Below, piece by piece: positions 1 to 13,064 of a DNA stretch of 64,000 nucleotides. Each line of letters opens with the position of its first letter. Position 1 is the stretch's first letter. The stretch spans positions 63,240,001 through 63,304,000 of the forward strand of contig CM052822.1 in assembly GCA_028534125.1 (NCBI GenBank), written 5' to 3'. The position numbers and the translations under genes were made by a program. Source of the DNA: Lama glama. Its lineage: Eukaryota. Below the pieces are notes generated by a model. It had not been told where the DNA came from. It saw only the letters and a program-made list of their open reading frames with translations, and did not search any database.

Positions 1-79
1 CTGGAACATGCAAAAGCACTTTGTAAAGTGAAACCCAACATGATTATTGATTTTAAGAATCTGGCCTGTAGAATTAAAA

Positions 80-310
80 CAAAAGCATGGCCTTTGGAAT
101 CAAATGTCAAGTCAGAGCCCAGCCCTGCTGCCTGCTAGCTGTATGATCTGTCACAAGAAGTCTAACTTCCTTGAGCCTTTGTCTCCTGCTCTAAGGAAAT
201 ACTACTACTTTGGAATGGAAATAATACTACTTTGACCCTTGCAGCGTCAGTTTGGGGATTAAATGAGTAATACATGTAAAGTACATTATGAATGTAAGTT
301 CTACACAGAT
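80..310 (+). mobile_element. MIR SINE remnant
   Basis: gcatggcctttggaatca...ctagctgtatgatct...cttgagcct...ggattaaatgagtaatacatgtaaagtac follows the MIR layout. Confidence 0.7.
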
Positions 311-1044
311 TTAAGTTACTGGTGCAGTTGTAAATGGGAAAATACATGTGTGATACTGTAGCAGCTTAGAGTCGTGAGAGCATCATAATGGTTATGCACC
401 TGGGGCACACTGCCCAGGCCTCTTCCTGGCACTGCCATTTACCAACAGTGTGACATCACCTCTTCTATAATGGTTTATTCACTTCTCTGTCACCCACAAG
501 TCTGTGAATTGCTTGAGTATAGAGACTGTCTTCTCACTGCATTTGATCTCCTAGTGGGGTATCTAAGTGCTCTGAAGCAGTCTGTTGAATGAATAAGTGC
601 ATGATTTTTATCATCTGCTGTACCTTTTATATGGTCATACCTCATAAGTATCACCTGTCATTTTTAAAAACAACCTCCCATTTGAATTGATAGGGCAATG
701 GCCAACGAATGGAGCTTGTATGAAACACCCAATGCTGTTTCCATTCTGCAGCTCCAGGCTTCTTCACGCCTTTTGATTCAGGTTCCTTGCTTGATGGGTT
801 ATTATCTAGAGCCAGAAATGCAGTGGGGAAATAGAACATTTTCTAAAATACTACTTCCACTTAATCTACCTGGATGATTGTCCTCTAATACCCTGAGACT
901 AAACAGACATCACTTTATTTGCCAGATGGTGCTGGTAAAGACACTCTGAGTGCCTTTTGGAATCACACATCTTGGAAACTCCTTGAGGATAGGGACTTGG
1001 CATCGTGCAGGTGCTCAGGAAATGTTGATTCTGAAATGGAGTGG

Positions 1045-1567
1045 GATGACTGGATAAAGAAGTTGTGGTATATATGTATATATATGTACAATGGAATACT
1101 TCTCAGCCATAAAAAAAGAATGAAATAATGCCATTTGCAGCAGCATGGATGGACCTGGGGACTGTCATACTAAGTGAAGTAAGCCAGAAAGAGAAAGAAA
1201 AATACCCTATGACATCAGTCACTTATATGTGGAATCTAAAAAAGTGATACAAATGAACTTATTTACAAAACAGAGAGAGACTCAGAGACATAGAAAGCAA
1301 ACTTATGGTTATGAGGGGAGAAAAGGGAGGTGGGGAGGGATAAGTTGGGAATTTGGGATTTGCAGATACACACTACTATATATAAAATAGATAAACAACA
1401 AGGTCCTACTGTATAGCACAGGGAACTAATTCAGTATCTTGTAATGGCTTATAATGGGAAAGAATATGAAAAGGAATATATATATATATATAACTGAATC
1501 ACTATGGTGCACACCAGAAACTAGCACAGCAACTGTACTTCAATTTATAAACATAAAAATAAAAAAT
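1045..1567 (+). mobile_element. 5'-truncated young L1 3' end (cetartiodactyl type) with A-rich tail
   Basis: ORF2-end and 3'UTR motifs (aatggaatac..cagccataaaaaaagaatgaaataatgccatttgcagc; aaggtcctactgtatagcacagggaac). Probable TSD aatggagtgg 1035-1044 / aatggaatgg 1571-1580. Confidence 0.92.
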
Positions 1568-2524
1568 TGTAATGGAATGGTATTCTCAGTTCACAGACAT
1601 TAGTGTGTTTTCCTATACTTTTACCCTATGACACTTTCCAAACCCTGTGATACTAAATTATTTTCAAGTTAGTGAAAATAGTGTCCTAGTCTTAGGCATC
1701 TATAATGCTTCATCTGTTCTAAACGGCAAGAGGCATCTTGTTGCAGCTTGCTGTCCAATCCCAGGGCACATTTCAAATTCCAGTTGCTTATTTTGTGACA
1801 GCCTTCCACTCCAGCAGGTGGCTTTGCTGCCATCTTTGGCACCCTCTGGGTCCTTGACTCTTCTCCCCTCAGAACCTTGCAAACTCCCACCCCCCAACCC
1901 ATCGGCACCAGTTTGTTTCTCAAAGTGTCTTGTTCCCCTTGTCTCAGTGATCCTTTTCAGTCAAGGTACATCTACACCCATTGTTTGTGCAGCCTGTTTT
2001 CCTGAGCAGCCATTAGAGGTCAATGACACCCCAGCTCCTGCTATATTTTGAGCACACATCCCAAAGGTAGGAAGACTTCCTACATCAATCTTCAGTGCCA
2101 CCTGGCCTGATAAGCTTTTATTTTATATGTGGCTGTGTTGTCAAGCGCTTTCCACCCTCTCCTCCCACCACCTCACTCAAAGAGCTTTTCTGAATATGAC
2201 AACCATCTAAAGACGAATTATCTGCTCACAAAGTTAATTTCTGTTGCTCAGCAGGGAGCCACTGTTTCCCGCTGGGTTTGAAAGTGCGGCTGTTTGGTTA
2301 ATGGATGAGTGTCTCTTGGATCCGGTACCCACGCTGGAACTGCAGCAGCGCCTCGCTTTCCATTTACTCTAATTTTCTACTTGCAGCTGGCTTTGGAGAC
2401 CTAAATGGGGTTTTTCACCGGGTAGTGGCTTATAGTCGTCAGCCTCGGAAGGAAATCATACTGGAGACAAGACTAGGGGGCTGCTTTCCTGCTGTCCTCC
2501 ATCACTTAGGAGGGTTTGGTTGGC

Positions 2525-2562
2525 TTTGTTTTTTGTGTTTTGTTTTGTTTTGTTTTTTGTTT
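2525..2562. repeat. (GTTTT)n simple repeat
   Basis: tttgttttttgtgttttgttttgttttgttttttgttt. Confidence 0.85.
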
Positions 2563-4134
2563 CCGGAGTGAAGTCACAAAATCCTTCCACATATAGAACA
2601 AGTGGCGTCACCTAAGAGGCTCATCTAGGAGTTTTAAGAGTTGAAAAAGAACGGAAATTTCTGTGTGTCTGTCTTCAGTGTACGAAACTGTGAAGCTAAA
2701 ATAAGATACTGGCTGAAAATTGCTCTGAGCACTTTCAAGTGTTAGTGTAAGTATAGTTAATGTTGCCATTGTTCTGTATGCTGAAGCTTTTTAAAATGCA
2801 AGAAATTTTGTCACAAAGAGTTGTATTATCATCTAGAAAGCAGAGCCAGAAACTTATGTGAAAATTCCTGAGGACACGTCTGGGTATGCTTCTGTCAGGT
2901 TAGGAAATTTCCCCTTTTGTAGGTCACACAGGTCAAATATTGGCAATTTTATATGATTCACCCTGTACAAGTGCCTACTTTTTAGATAGAATTCTCTAGG
3001 CCAAAAGCACATAGAATGTTTCCCCCCTTTGAAAAACATCCAAAGCCTGTAGGCTGGTGCCCATATGTCCTTGAGAGGAGCCCAACTCGAAGCTGTTAGC
3101 TGTGAGTCAGAAATATGCTTCAGAACTGCTTCATGAGGGAACATCTGGTTACACAGACGGGCTCATGTCGGACAGCTCGCCGTCCCTTTCTAAGCTTCAT
3201 TTTCCACTGCTTGTCTGCATATTACATAGTACACCTAACGGAGCGTGAGAGATCATCAAACTACAAGTTCTGAGGAAGAAAGTCAAAGAGCTAGCAATTC
3301 CTCATTCCAAAATCTGCCACTTAACAATGAAAAACTTTAATTCTGGCAGTTTGTGGGAGAGAAGAAGGAACCATGCAAAACATATTAAAAGCAAATCTCC
3401 ACCCCAACCCCCACCCTGTCTCCATACCTCCCCACTCCCGCCCTTTATGGTGGCTATGTGACTTGGGCAAATATCTTAATGTCTACTAGTTTGGGTTTCA
3501 TACTAAGGAAAATATACTTCATAGAAATGTTAGTGAATTAAAGATCAAATAGTAAAGTATCTAGTATAGAGACAAAAGATGTAAATGCTTATGAATGTTA
3601 TTTTTGTTCTTCCTCTTTATTTCTAGGTTTCAGACATGGAATTTAAATATTTTAGTCCCTGAAATAATAATACCCTATACAAAATCCTTTAAATTTTTAA
3701 GAGAGCCTCCGCATACATATATAATTTCATGATCTACCTAAATGTATTATATGCATAGTAAACCTGATGTCAACATGTATATGTTTCTTTCTCTATGTAT
3801 AATTAGAAATAATTAAATTCAGCTGCTCCCTGTCACCTTTACATGATGAGAGTCTTCTTGCTTTTACATTCTTATTCCTTCAGTTTTCTCTAATGGGAAT
3901 GTCCTTCCATCCATCTTCAAATATCCAGATATTACTAGCTTAACTTCTATCTCTTTCACAAAGCAGCTGAAAGTAATTCTCCCACTCTGTTCTCAAGTCA
4001 AAAAAGGAACTGAGGCATGAGAAAGGAAGATTCATTTAAAGCAGACCCATGCTCAGGCAGGGTAGGCACTAAGTTGGAGAAGAGATCCCCAGTGGTTTTC
4101 AGAAAATGAGAAAAAGCTACAGTAGGACTGGAAA

Positions 4135-4323
4135 CAGTGATTCTCAAATTTGGGCACACAAAATTGCCTGTGGGACCTTGTCTAAAAATGGAAATTTCTG
4201 GGCCCCACCCCACAGATTCTGATTTTCTAGATCTGGAGTAGGGCTTAAGAATCCACAGTCTTAACAAACACTCCAGGGTGATTCTGATAAACTTGTTTCT
4301 GGACCACACGTTGAGAAACACTG
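4135..4323. mobile_element. MER5A-type hAT-Charlie MITE, essentially full length (189 bp)
   Basis: Terminal inverted repeats cagtgattctcaaa / ttgagaaacactg, with internal ctgggccccaccccacagattctgatt. Confidence 0.85.
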
Positions 4324-5199
4324 GTTTGGAGGGAGGTAGCTCGCATATCAAGATAATGAAGGGTGAAAAAGGCAAAGTTGGTAATGTCAGAGGGATACTT
4401 TCACAATTCGGAGATCAGACCCATTTTCTTTTGGTGATTGCAAATAAAAAGTCACGAAGCAGGGTGCTTGATCAGCTGTTGTTCCTGTGCATAGCTTTAG
4501 AAACGTCTCGATAAAGCCATAGGCACACACTAACACTGGCCCACGGGATCCATATCTTTGGTTTTCTTTATTCTTTTTTTCTCTTTGTCTTGCTTCATTA
4601 AAAAGAGCTTTATTCCTGGAGGCTTCATTAACTAAGGCATTTTATTTCTTGGGTTGATCAATTGATTGATTAACTGAAATACTAGTTACAGCACAAAAGA
4701 TGGCCTTTAGGTAAATTAAATCATTGCTTTCAGCTGTGAAACTGTTGGCTGCTCCTAAGATTTTCAAGGATCTGTACAAGAAACCAAGGTTGTTTTTTAA
4801 ACTAAAGATAATTACATACATACACACACACACATACATTCATAACAGGTATGTTTCTTTTTCCATTTGGTAGTGATGACAGATTTATGTTAATGGGGAG
4901 AAGTTATTTAGGGCAGAAATATATGAGTAAAAGTTTTTAAAAATTAACTTCCAAAGCAGCAGTTAACAGGCTGAGGGTTTGTGGGTTTTTGCAAGGATCA
5001 TGAATCTGAATAATTAGATCTCATACATAAATGTACTATTTGTCAATATAGATAAAAGCTACAATGACAGCTACACTATAATATGATCTGTAAGCATTAC
5101 TGAATTCATAGTACCTTTGGCTCATTAAGTATTTTCTTTGTTGATGAATATTTGAGAGTACAAACCCTACCGGGAGAAGGTCAGCACAGTTTTTTACAT

Positions 5200-6690
5200 T
5201 AAAGACAAATCAGTGAAGCAGAATAGAGGGTCAAAAACAGACCAGCACCTGATTTATGACAAAAGTGCTAAAGCAGGGCTGTGGAGGGAGGGCAAACCTT
5301 TCAGTAGTTGGTGTTGGATCAACTAGATATCCAACTGGAATTTTAATATAAGGCTTTTGTAGGAGAATATCTTCATGACTTAGGCAGAGATTTATTAAAC
5401 AAGATGTAAAAAGCATAGTGATAAAAGATGGATAATTTGAGCTTCTTTAAGATCATCTGTTCATCAGAATACACCTTTAAGGGAGTAAAAAGGCAAAGCA
5501 TAGAGTGAGAGAAGATATTTGTACTACACACTTCCAACAAAAGATATAGTCCAGAATATATATAGAACTTATACAAACTAGTAAGACAAAGACAACTGGG
5601 AAAAAAATGGGCAGAAGACTTGGATCGGCACTTACGAAAATACACCTTTCCAATAAACATGTGAAAAAATATTTAGCATCATTAGTCTCATGGGACATAT
5701 AAATACCATTTGAGATCCCACTACCCGTCTAACAAAATGACTTAAAAAAGACTGTCACACTGAGCACAATAAGGATGGAAGAACTAGAATTCTCACACAC
5801 TAGTAGGAGTGCAAATTGGCTTAACTACCTCAGAAACCCTTTGGCAGTACCTGTGAAAGATGATAGTGCGAATATCCTGTTGCCTAACGATTCCACTCTG
5901 AGGTATAAACCCAATAAAATTATGTACATATGTTCACCAAAAGGTGTGGACTAGACTGTTCATAGCCAAACTGGAAACAACTCAATGTCTATATACAATA
6001 GAACAGATAAATAACTTATAGTATGTTTCTTTTGTATTTTAATTCTTATTTTTATTGAAGTCTAGTCAATTCACAATGTTAGTTTTGGGTATATAGCAAA
6101 GTGATTCAGTTATGCATATACATACATATTTTTTTTTCAGATGCTTTTCCATTACAGCTTGTTATAAGAAATTGAATATAGTTCCCTGTGCTATACAGTA
6201 GGTCCTTGTTGTTCATCTATTTTATATATAGTAATATGTGTATGTTAATCTCAAACTCCTAATCTATTCCTCCCACCCTCTTTGTCCCCTGGTAACTACA
6301 GTTTGTTTCCTATGTTTTGGTATGTTTCTTTAATGGAATACTATAATGCAATGAAAAAGAACAGACACTGGCTAAATGCCACAACATGGATGAATCTCAC
6401 AGACATAATATTGAGCCAAAAAAACTGATACAGAAGTATATATATTATGTTATTTCCTTACATAAAGTTCAAAAACAAGTCAAAAGAATCAAAGGCAGAG
6501 ACTTCAGGACACTTGTTACCTTTGGGCCAGGGCAGTGAATAACGGAAGCATCTGGAATGTTGACAATGCTCTCATCTTGATTAGGTGGTGGTTATGGATG
6601 AATTAACTTTGTAAAAATGTATTGAGCTCTATGCTTGTGATTAATGCACTTTTCTGTTTGTGTTATATTTCCTTTAAACATTTCGCCAAG
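5200..6690 (+). mobile_element. Old L1M ORF2 3' region and 3'UTR, interrupted by a younger L1
   Basis: ctgatttatgacaaaag, aaatgggcagaagacttgga, aactggaaacaactcaatgtc and acaacatggatgaatctcacagacataatattgagc are L1M motifs. Confidence 0.85.
6033..6319 (-). mobile_element. Young L1 3' fragment nested in the older L1
   Basis: Reverse complement of the 1045-1567 family (gttccctgtgctatacagtaggtccttgtt). Perfect 12-bp TSD gtatgtttcttt at 6021-6032 and 6320-6331. Confidence 0.92.
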
Positions 6691-7189
6691 AAAATAAATG
6701 CTGTATAAGAGGATCCCATCTAGTTTGGGATGACTTTCTGTTTGTGGAAAAACTCCCAACGATGAAGCTCTGTACGAGTGACTGAGAGTTGTGACAATTA
6801 ACAGTTCTACTGGAATCTACTGATCAAACAGAGCTTTATGAGTAAACAGATTTCACAAGAGGCACAAGGTGGCCATTGTTTTTTTTCCCACCTGTGTGTG
6901 TTTAGGATGGTGTTTGTAGCAATAACTATATCTTGTTGATTCTGGAATTTCTTTTCTCCATGCCCCAGACTTACTCCTGTCAGCATCATCAGTTCTTTGG
7001 ATGATGAGGACCATCTCTGCTGTAAAATCTCTGATGACAACTTCACATAAATAGCTGTAATGAAATGCTGGAGAGCATTGTGTAGCCACTGTGGTTATTT
7101 TTTCATGGGTTCCTGAAACTTGATTTGACTAGGTCCACTGATTTCTGTGTGGAAATTGATGAGATGAGTGAATATTTGGATCGCATTTA

Positions 7190-7360
7190 CCTAGGGCCTT
7201 GGAATCATGTGCTCAACAAGCTTGCGAAGTAGGTTATTTCTTCCATTTTATAGAGAAGGAAACTTATGACTTAGGTAACATAGGACAGCTAGTAAGTGGT
7301 AGATCAAGGTCTAATATCCGGATATTCTAACCCTGATTCCATATTCTTCTCACTCCACTA
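7190..7360 (-). mobile_element. MIR remnant
   Basis: ccattttatagagaaggaaact...acagctagtaagtggtaga. Confidence 0.65.
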
Positions 7361-9488
7361 TACTGCCGCTTCTGGATCTGGAAGGTTTTAAGGGGTTTTG
7401 TTAATTTACGGAAGTTGATAGGAATTAGTGGGTAATTCTACTGGCTCTCAAACTTTTCCTACAAATATGAGTATTTAGTAACTTGCCAAATATCCATCCA
7501 TGGCATATTGGGAAGCAGTAAATCATCAAATCCTTTTCTTCTGGCCTTTAAGCCATTTGTACTCAAATTAGAAAAAGCAGAGGGATTTGGTTAGTATAGA
7601 TGATTATAGAACAAGAGATAAATTTCCTGTCAGTAAAATCTTGGATTTTGCAAGTAAATTATACATATCAGATGAGGAAATACAAACGTTGTCATGCCAT
7701 GGTGTATTTAGATCTAGTAACGTGACATGGGAAGAAGTGGAAATCCAGGAGTAAGTAGGGCTAGGTGGTCGGAGCCCTGAAAGCAGAAACCCAAGGCATG
7801 GACCGCTAGTCCCCATTCGCCATAATGATACTTGATGGTCTGGGGACAGTGGAGGGAGAGGTCCTCCCTGAGCACTCATCATCTCCAGCACTGACTGCTC
7901 GGTCCAGTTACACTGTTGTTGGACTCCTCCTTCCCCGTTCTGTGTCCTGATAGGGAAGTGTACCCACGTGTGTTCTCATCCTCACTGGAGGCAGTTGGTG
8001 CCTTTGATGAATTACCCAAGGCTCTTTCCCTCTTACCTCTGTTTATTTCAAGAAGTAAATAATAGTTGGTTGCTAACTGTATACAGGGCACAGTGCTGGT
8101 GCTCTGAGATAGACAAACAAAACAAAACAGAACACGGATAGGACGAGGCTTTGCTTTCAAGAAACTTTAACACAAGTATATGAAAAATATATCCATGTCA
8201 TAAATCCTGTCTCATTCCTCAAAGTATTTGTAGTCTTTTTTGCACACCTGACTGGTCGTTGGAGAGGACAGTGATGCTCTTTCTTTTTATTTCCTCTAAG
8301 TTCCTGCTTGATTAAGAAAATTAAGTACGAAAAGTCAGTTCATATAAGCAAATTTGAGAGCTTCTGAGTTACATAAATACCTGTTATAATAAAGTAAGGT
8401 ACCAAAGCCCATGTGCTTTTCCCACAGGCCCTTAGTTAAAGCTCACTTACGCTAGAAAAGTTTGTCTGATTTTTCTGGTTGACATTATTTTAAGAAGCAG
8501 CTACTTAGCAATTACAGAAACTGACAACAGTAAGAATCTGCTATTTTCTATTCAGAGTATTGAGTTTTAATAGCTGCCAGTCTCTAGAAGAAAAAGTTTA
8601 TAAAATCATAAAATGACATGCTGGTTTGGAGCCATTTAACTGGGGTGCAAACTGCTTTACCTGCCGTACTAGCCTTTAAGGGCATGACTTTATTACTAAA
8701 CAGAAAGGTTGATATCAATAATGGTGGATCATTAATTTGTAATGAGTCATTACGGGGCTACATTAAGATCTGTAGTGTCTTCTCTAAAGAGCAGAAATGT
8801 GTGAATATGTTTTTTAAAAAGCATCAGAGATGGGAGTGCGAGAAATTATATAAAGTATATGATTGTATGGGACTTTAATTAAATATTATTTTGAAATAAG
8901 TAAACCACCTGTTAGAATTAGGATTTTGAGAAACTTTGAGAAATGAAAGTAAATAGTGAAGGATAATTATGTATGTAATTTGAAAGATGTTTCTCATTAT
9001 ATAATACTTAAACATTTTTCTGAGATAAATTTCATGGGACAGAGTTATTATTTTGATTCATTTTATTTGCCCAGATTTAAGATGATTTTTATTTTTAGTG
9101 ACTTTCTTGTTTTCATTCCCTTAAGAAAAACAATGGAAACCTTATTCCTGTAGAAATGAAGAGTAAGAAATTGATTGGCAATGCATTGAAACAAGTAGAT
9201 GAAAACATAAGTGTAGTTTGTTTATGATGAAAACCTCAAGTCCTCTCATGTAGTTTAGTTGGAAATATATATAAATTGAGTGTATAAGCAGTTCTTTTAA
9301 ATTATGTTAATACTCCTAACATATAATTGAACCAGATTATATTCCCATGTTTTGCATTTTTATGTTTATTTTTATTCATTCCTCTATAGAAATGCTTGTA
9401 TCCTAGTTAGTTGCTGCATTACAATGCCTCCATTAATGACCAGTCATTATGAACTTGGAGACATCTATTTTGCTATGCATATTTTCTT

Positions 9489-9623
9489 CTTTTTTTTTGG
9501 TGGGAGGAGGTAATCAGGTTTATGTATTTTTTATTAATTTTTTTTAATGGCTGCACTGGGGATGGAACCCAGGACCTTGTCAATGCTAGGCACACACTCT
9601 ACCATGGAGGTATATCCTCCCCC
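9489..9623 (-). mobile_element. Camelid tRNA-derived SINE (vic-1 type), long form
   Basis: Poly-T, then ggaggtaatcaggttt and ctggggatggaacccaggaccttg...ctctacca...tatatcctcccc. TSD catattttctt 9478-9488 / 9630-9640. Confidence 0.88.
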
Positions 9624-10799
9624 TCAATACATATTTTCTTAATAAAGAATATATTAATTTCTCAATATTTTCTCAGGAAGCTTATGTTCATTATACTAAC
9701 ATTTATGAAGAAGGGACAATTGAGCAATGCTTTTCATAGATAAGATCTCGTTTAATCTTTGCAACAACGATGAGGTTGAGAGAAACTGAGAGACTTCTTG
9801 AGGTCACAGAACAAGCCACTGGCCACCACAAATCCCAGTCTTTGTAACTCTCGCTTCTAACTCTACTGCCTCTCTCGGGCATTTACTTGGTGAGTGCCAG
9901 AAACTGACTAGCCACACAGTATATGCAGAGCCTCATGTCACTCAGGGTCTAGTTTCATTGAAATGGTTGGGAGACAGGCATACAAGTAATTCTAGAGTCA
10001 TGATTTGCCCAGAGCACTGTGGGAGCACAGAGGAATGAATGACCAATTCAGAAAAAGTCAGAAGAGGCTTTGCAGAGAAGGCTCACATTTGAACTTGGCA
10101 GTTTGGGTTAGGAGAGTACCAAGCAGAGAAAGAAGAGATGGACATTTCAGGTATTGGGAACAGGTGGCTGGGGTGTATGGCTCAGTGCAGCTGTAGAAGA
10201 TGGGTGAAGTAGGCAAGAGGTGCTGCCAACTAGAACAGCCGTGCTGGTACCTCATCTCTGATGAGAAGGTATGGGGGCCTGCAGCCTGGGCAGGGGGGTT
10301 GGTTCATTTGAGGCATTGCTACTTTCTTCTTCCACTAAGTCTCAGCTCTGATGAGTACCTTCCAACTTAATTATTTATCTTCTTTCTCTGTTCCAGAGTA
10401 GAGTTCATTTTGATTCATCTTGAGACCTAAGAGCCCTTGTGTGCTCTGAAGCTTTGAATTTTAGAGCTTTGCAAGAATTGGTGCAGCTTTCTGTAATGAA
10501 GAGAGAAATGTGCATGCTATGTCTATGGAAGTGGGTGCTGTCCATCCTAGTCTTTGCTGAGTGGCTCATTTGCAAGCTCCTATAGTTGATTTGAAAACAT
10601 ATGGCTCTTCTGTGCCCTGCAGTCTGTCCACCTGTGCCAACTAAATTCAGCTACTGGACCTTGTCCTGGGCTCTCAAGGTCAGTGGTGCTGTCGCCTGCC
10701 AGGGCACTGCATATAGTAGCAGGTTCCACCACTTACAGGAACAATAGCCCCTCAGCCCAGGCATCCCCAGACTCCAGGGCTCCACTGTGAGAGATGAAA

Positions 10800-10980
10800 T
10801 CAGTGGGTCCTTAGCCAGACTGCTCAGGTTTGAGTCCTGGTTCTGCCACTTATTAGCTCTGTGGCCTTGAGTACATCTTCTTCCCTCTGTGTGTCTCACA
10901 GTTTTCTCCTTTATTAAATGGCCATAACAGTACCTTTGTCATAGGGTGGTTACAGGATTAAGTAAATGAACCTGTAAATT
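10800..10980 (+). mobile_element. MIR remnant
   Basis: ggtttgagtcctggttctgccacttattagctctgtggccttgag...tcatagggtggttacaggatta. Confidence 0.8.
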
Positions 10981-12849
10981 TCTAACTTACCTGTTAGTGT
11001 CAACTTTCTACTGTGCTGGGCAGCCTTCAGTGGAAGTTCGATGTTGTTACCTTTACTACCACTGTCCCAGTCCTTCCAAAGCACGCAGGGCCTCTGACCC
11101 TTGCCTCTGAGGCCTCCACGTCCCTTTCCCAGAGACCTGGGTGGTGGATTTTTGGGGGAATTCCTTGAGGCAGAAGGAAGCTGTTAACCCTTTCCTGGGG
11201 AACCAAAGACTTGGTTTTTCTTTACAAGTGGGAGCAGAAAAGGAGAAAAATACCTTTAGAATGTCCCACCCTCACCGCTGCCAAGTCTCCTGTGGCAGTT
11301 AGAACAGAAGATAGTCTCTCAGAAGATTATCCTGCCACATTCACTTAAATGTGATACATGGTGCGGCCCGTAGGATAACAGTGGAAAACTCTAATCACTT
11401 ACTTAAACCTGCCAAAGACTAATTTTGAGAAGCCTCCGAGGTGGGTGTGCATATTAAAAGAGACCAGGTCCTTTCAGTAGGTCCTGGGGAAATGTGTATT
11501 GATTAACTTAATTAAAGGCAGATTATAACTTGTGCACCGCACTCTGTATGTTATCTGACTGTAGGGTTCCCAGGGCCCTTTAAAGCCTGTGTGCTAATGG
11601 CCTTCTCATTTAAACCAGCATGAATTTGAGCTTATTTCATCAATTTGGTAATCAAATAATTGCCAGGAACACAGAAAGTAAAAAACAAGAACTTTCCTTT
11701 ATTAGTAAATTAAAATACTTTATGAACTCTCTTGAATAATAGTTCTAGATGGAGTTTGGTTGAAAGAGAGCCTTTCTAATTCTTCAGATATAAGAGGGTA
11801 AAAGCTCTTTAGCTTTTCTTTATTCTTCGAATCTCACTTCCTGCCTTGGGCTGGGGTCATAGAACCATGAAGCTTGGACAGGGCCATTTGTTTGGGAAAC
11901 CTCCAATGTCAGTATCTTTAGGTCTTTGATCTGTTGTCTGGAGATTGAAGGCCTCACTGCCGGCATCCAGGAAACCAAATCCGGGAAGAGGACAGAAGAG
12001 AACTGGGGGTTCTTGCCATCCAGTTTGCATAAATTCACATAATTCTTCTGTTTTTTCCCCATCCTTAATTGTTCATCCCCTCTCTGAGTCCACAGACCCT
12101 CTATTTTACTATTTCCAGGGAATAAGCCTTCAGATTTTTACAATAGTGGAGGAGAGACACTTACCCAGGGCGAGGGGAGGGATTGCGGATCTGACGACTT
12201 CTTAAATAGACTTTCAGTTCTTCCTTATATTAACCACTACTTCTGTCCTGTGCCCCTCATCCAGACGAACCTGGGGCTGCCCAGACTTGGCACTGGAGAT
12301 TGAGTTGCTTCTCAGTTTTTTCTACTGCTGACATAAGATTCCAGTTTGAGCCTGTTTGAGACATTTACCTCTCTGATCTGCCTTCCAGCTTCCAAGCTTG
12401 GATTCCTTATGTTTTCTCCTTCCTGTTTACCTTCTCCTTGGCAAAAATAATCCCTTTACTGTCATTTCATTGAGATTTTGGGAGGGAGACAGAATAGATG
12501 TGCATGTTCAATCTGCTGTCTTTACCCAGAAGTAAATTCTCCCCTAAGTACATCTTTCTTACCCATGTTCCCTCTGCTTTTACTCTCTAGACTCTGCTCT
12601 GCCTCTCCCATCAGGCAACTAGAGGAAAACAGAACACCCAGCCCCCTTCTTTCCTACCTCTGCATACTGTTAAGGTCCACCTTTTCTACCTGCCTTCCCT
12701 GGAGGCCCAACTCAGACTCTAACTTGTCTGTAAAAGCTTTCCAGAGCATCTCAGGCTGTGATGAAAAGCCACTTGTATATCCCTCATATGAGTCACACAA
12801 TTTCTGGGTATATATCTTTTGTATCCTCTTCAAGAAGCCCTAAAACCAA

Positions 12850-12980
12850 GGGGTGGGAATAGCTTAGTGGTAGAACACATGCTTAGCATGTACGAAGTCC
12901 TGGGTTCAATCCCCAGTACCTCCATTAAGAAGACAGGGAGAGGGAGAGAGAGAAAGAGAAAGAAAAAGAAAGAAAAGACA
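12850..12980 (+). mobile_element. Camelid tRNA-derived SINE, short form with GA/GAAA tail
   Basis: A-box tagcttagtggta, B-box ggttcaatccc, body gcttagcatgtacgaagtcctgg. Confidence 0.88.
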
Positions 12981-13064
12981 ATACAAAGGAATTTAAAACT
13001 AGATTGCAGTCTCCCTCGTGCCAAGGCCTTCCTGAGGATTCATGATGTATGCTGCCATATTCTA

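Noticed and set aside
7001-7116. Possible C/D snoRNA (ATGATGA ... CTGA)
   Set aside because: No terminal stem, and no recognisable rRNA or snRNA guide complementarity.
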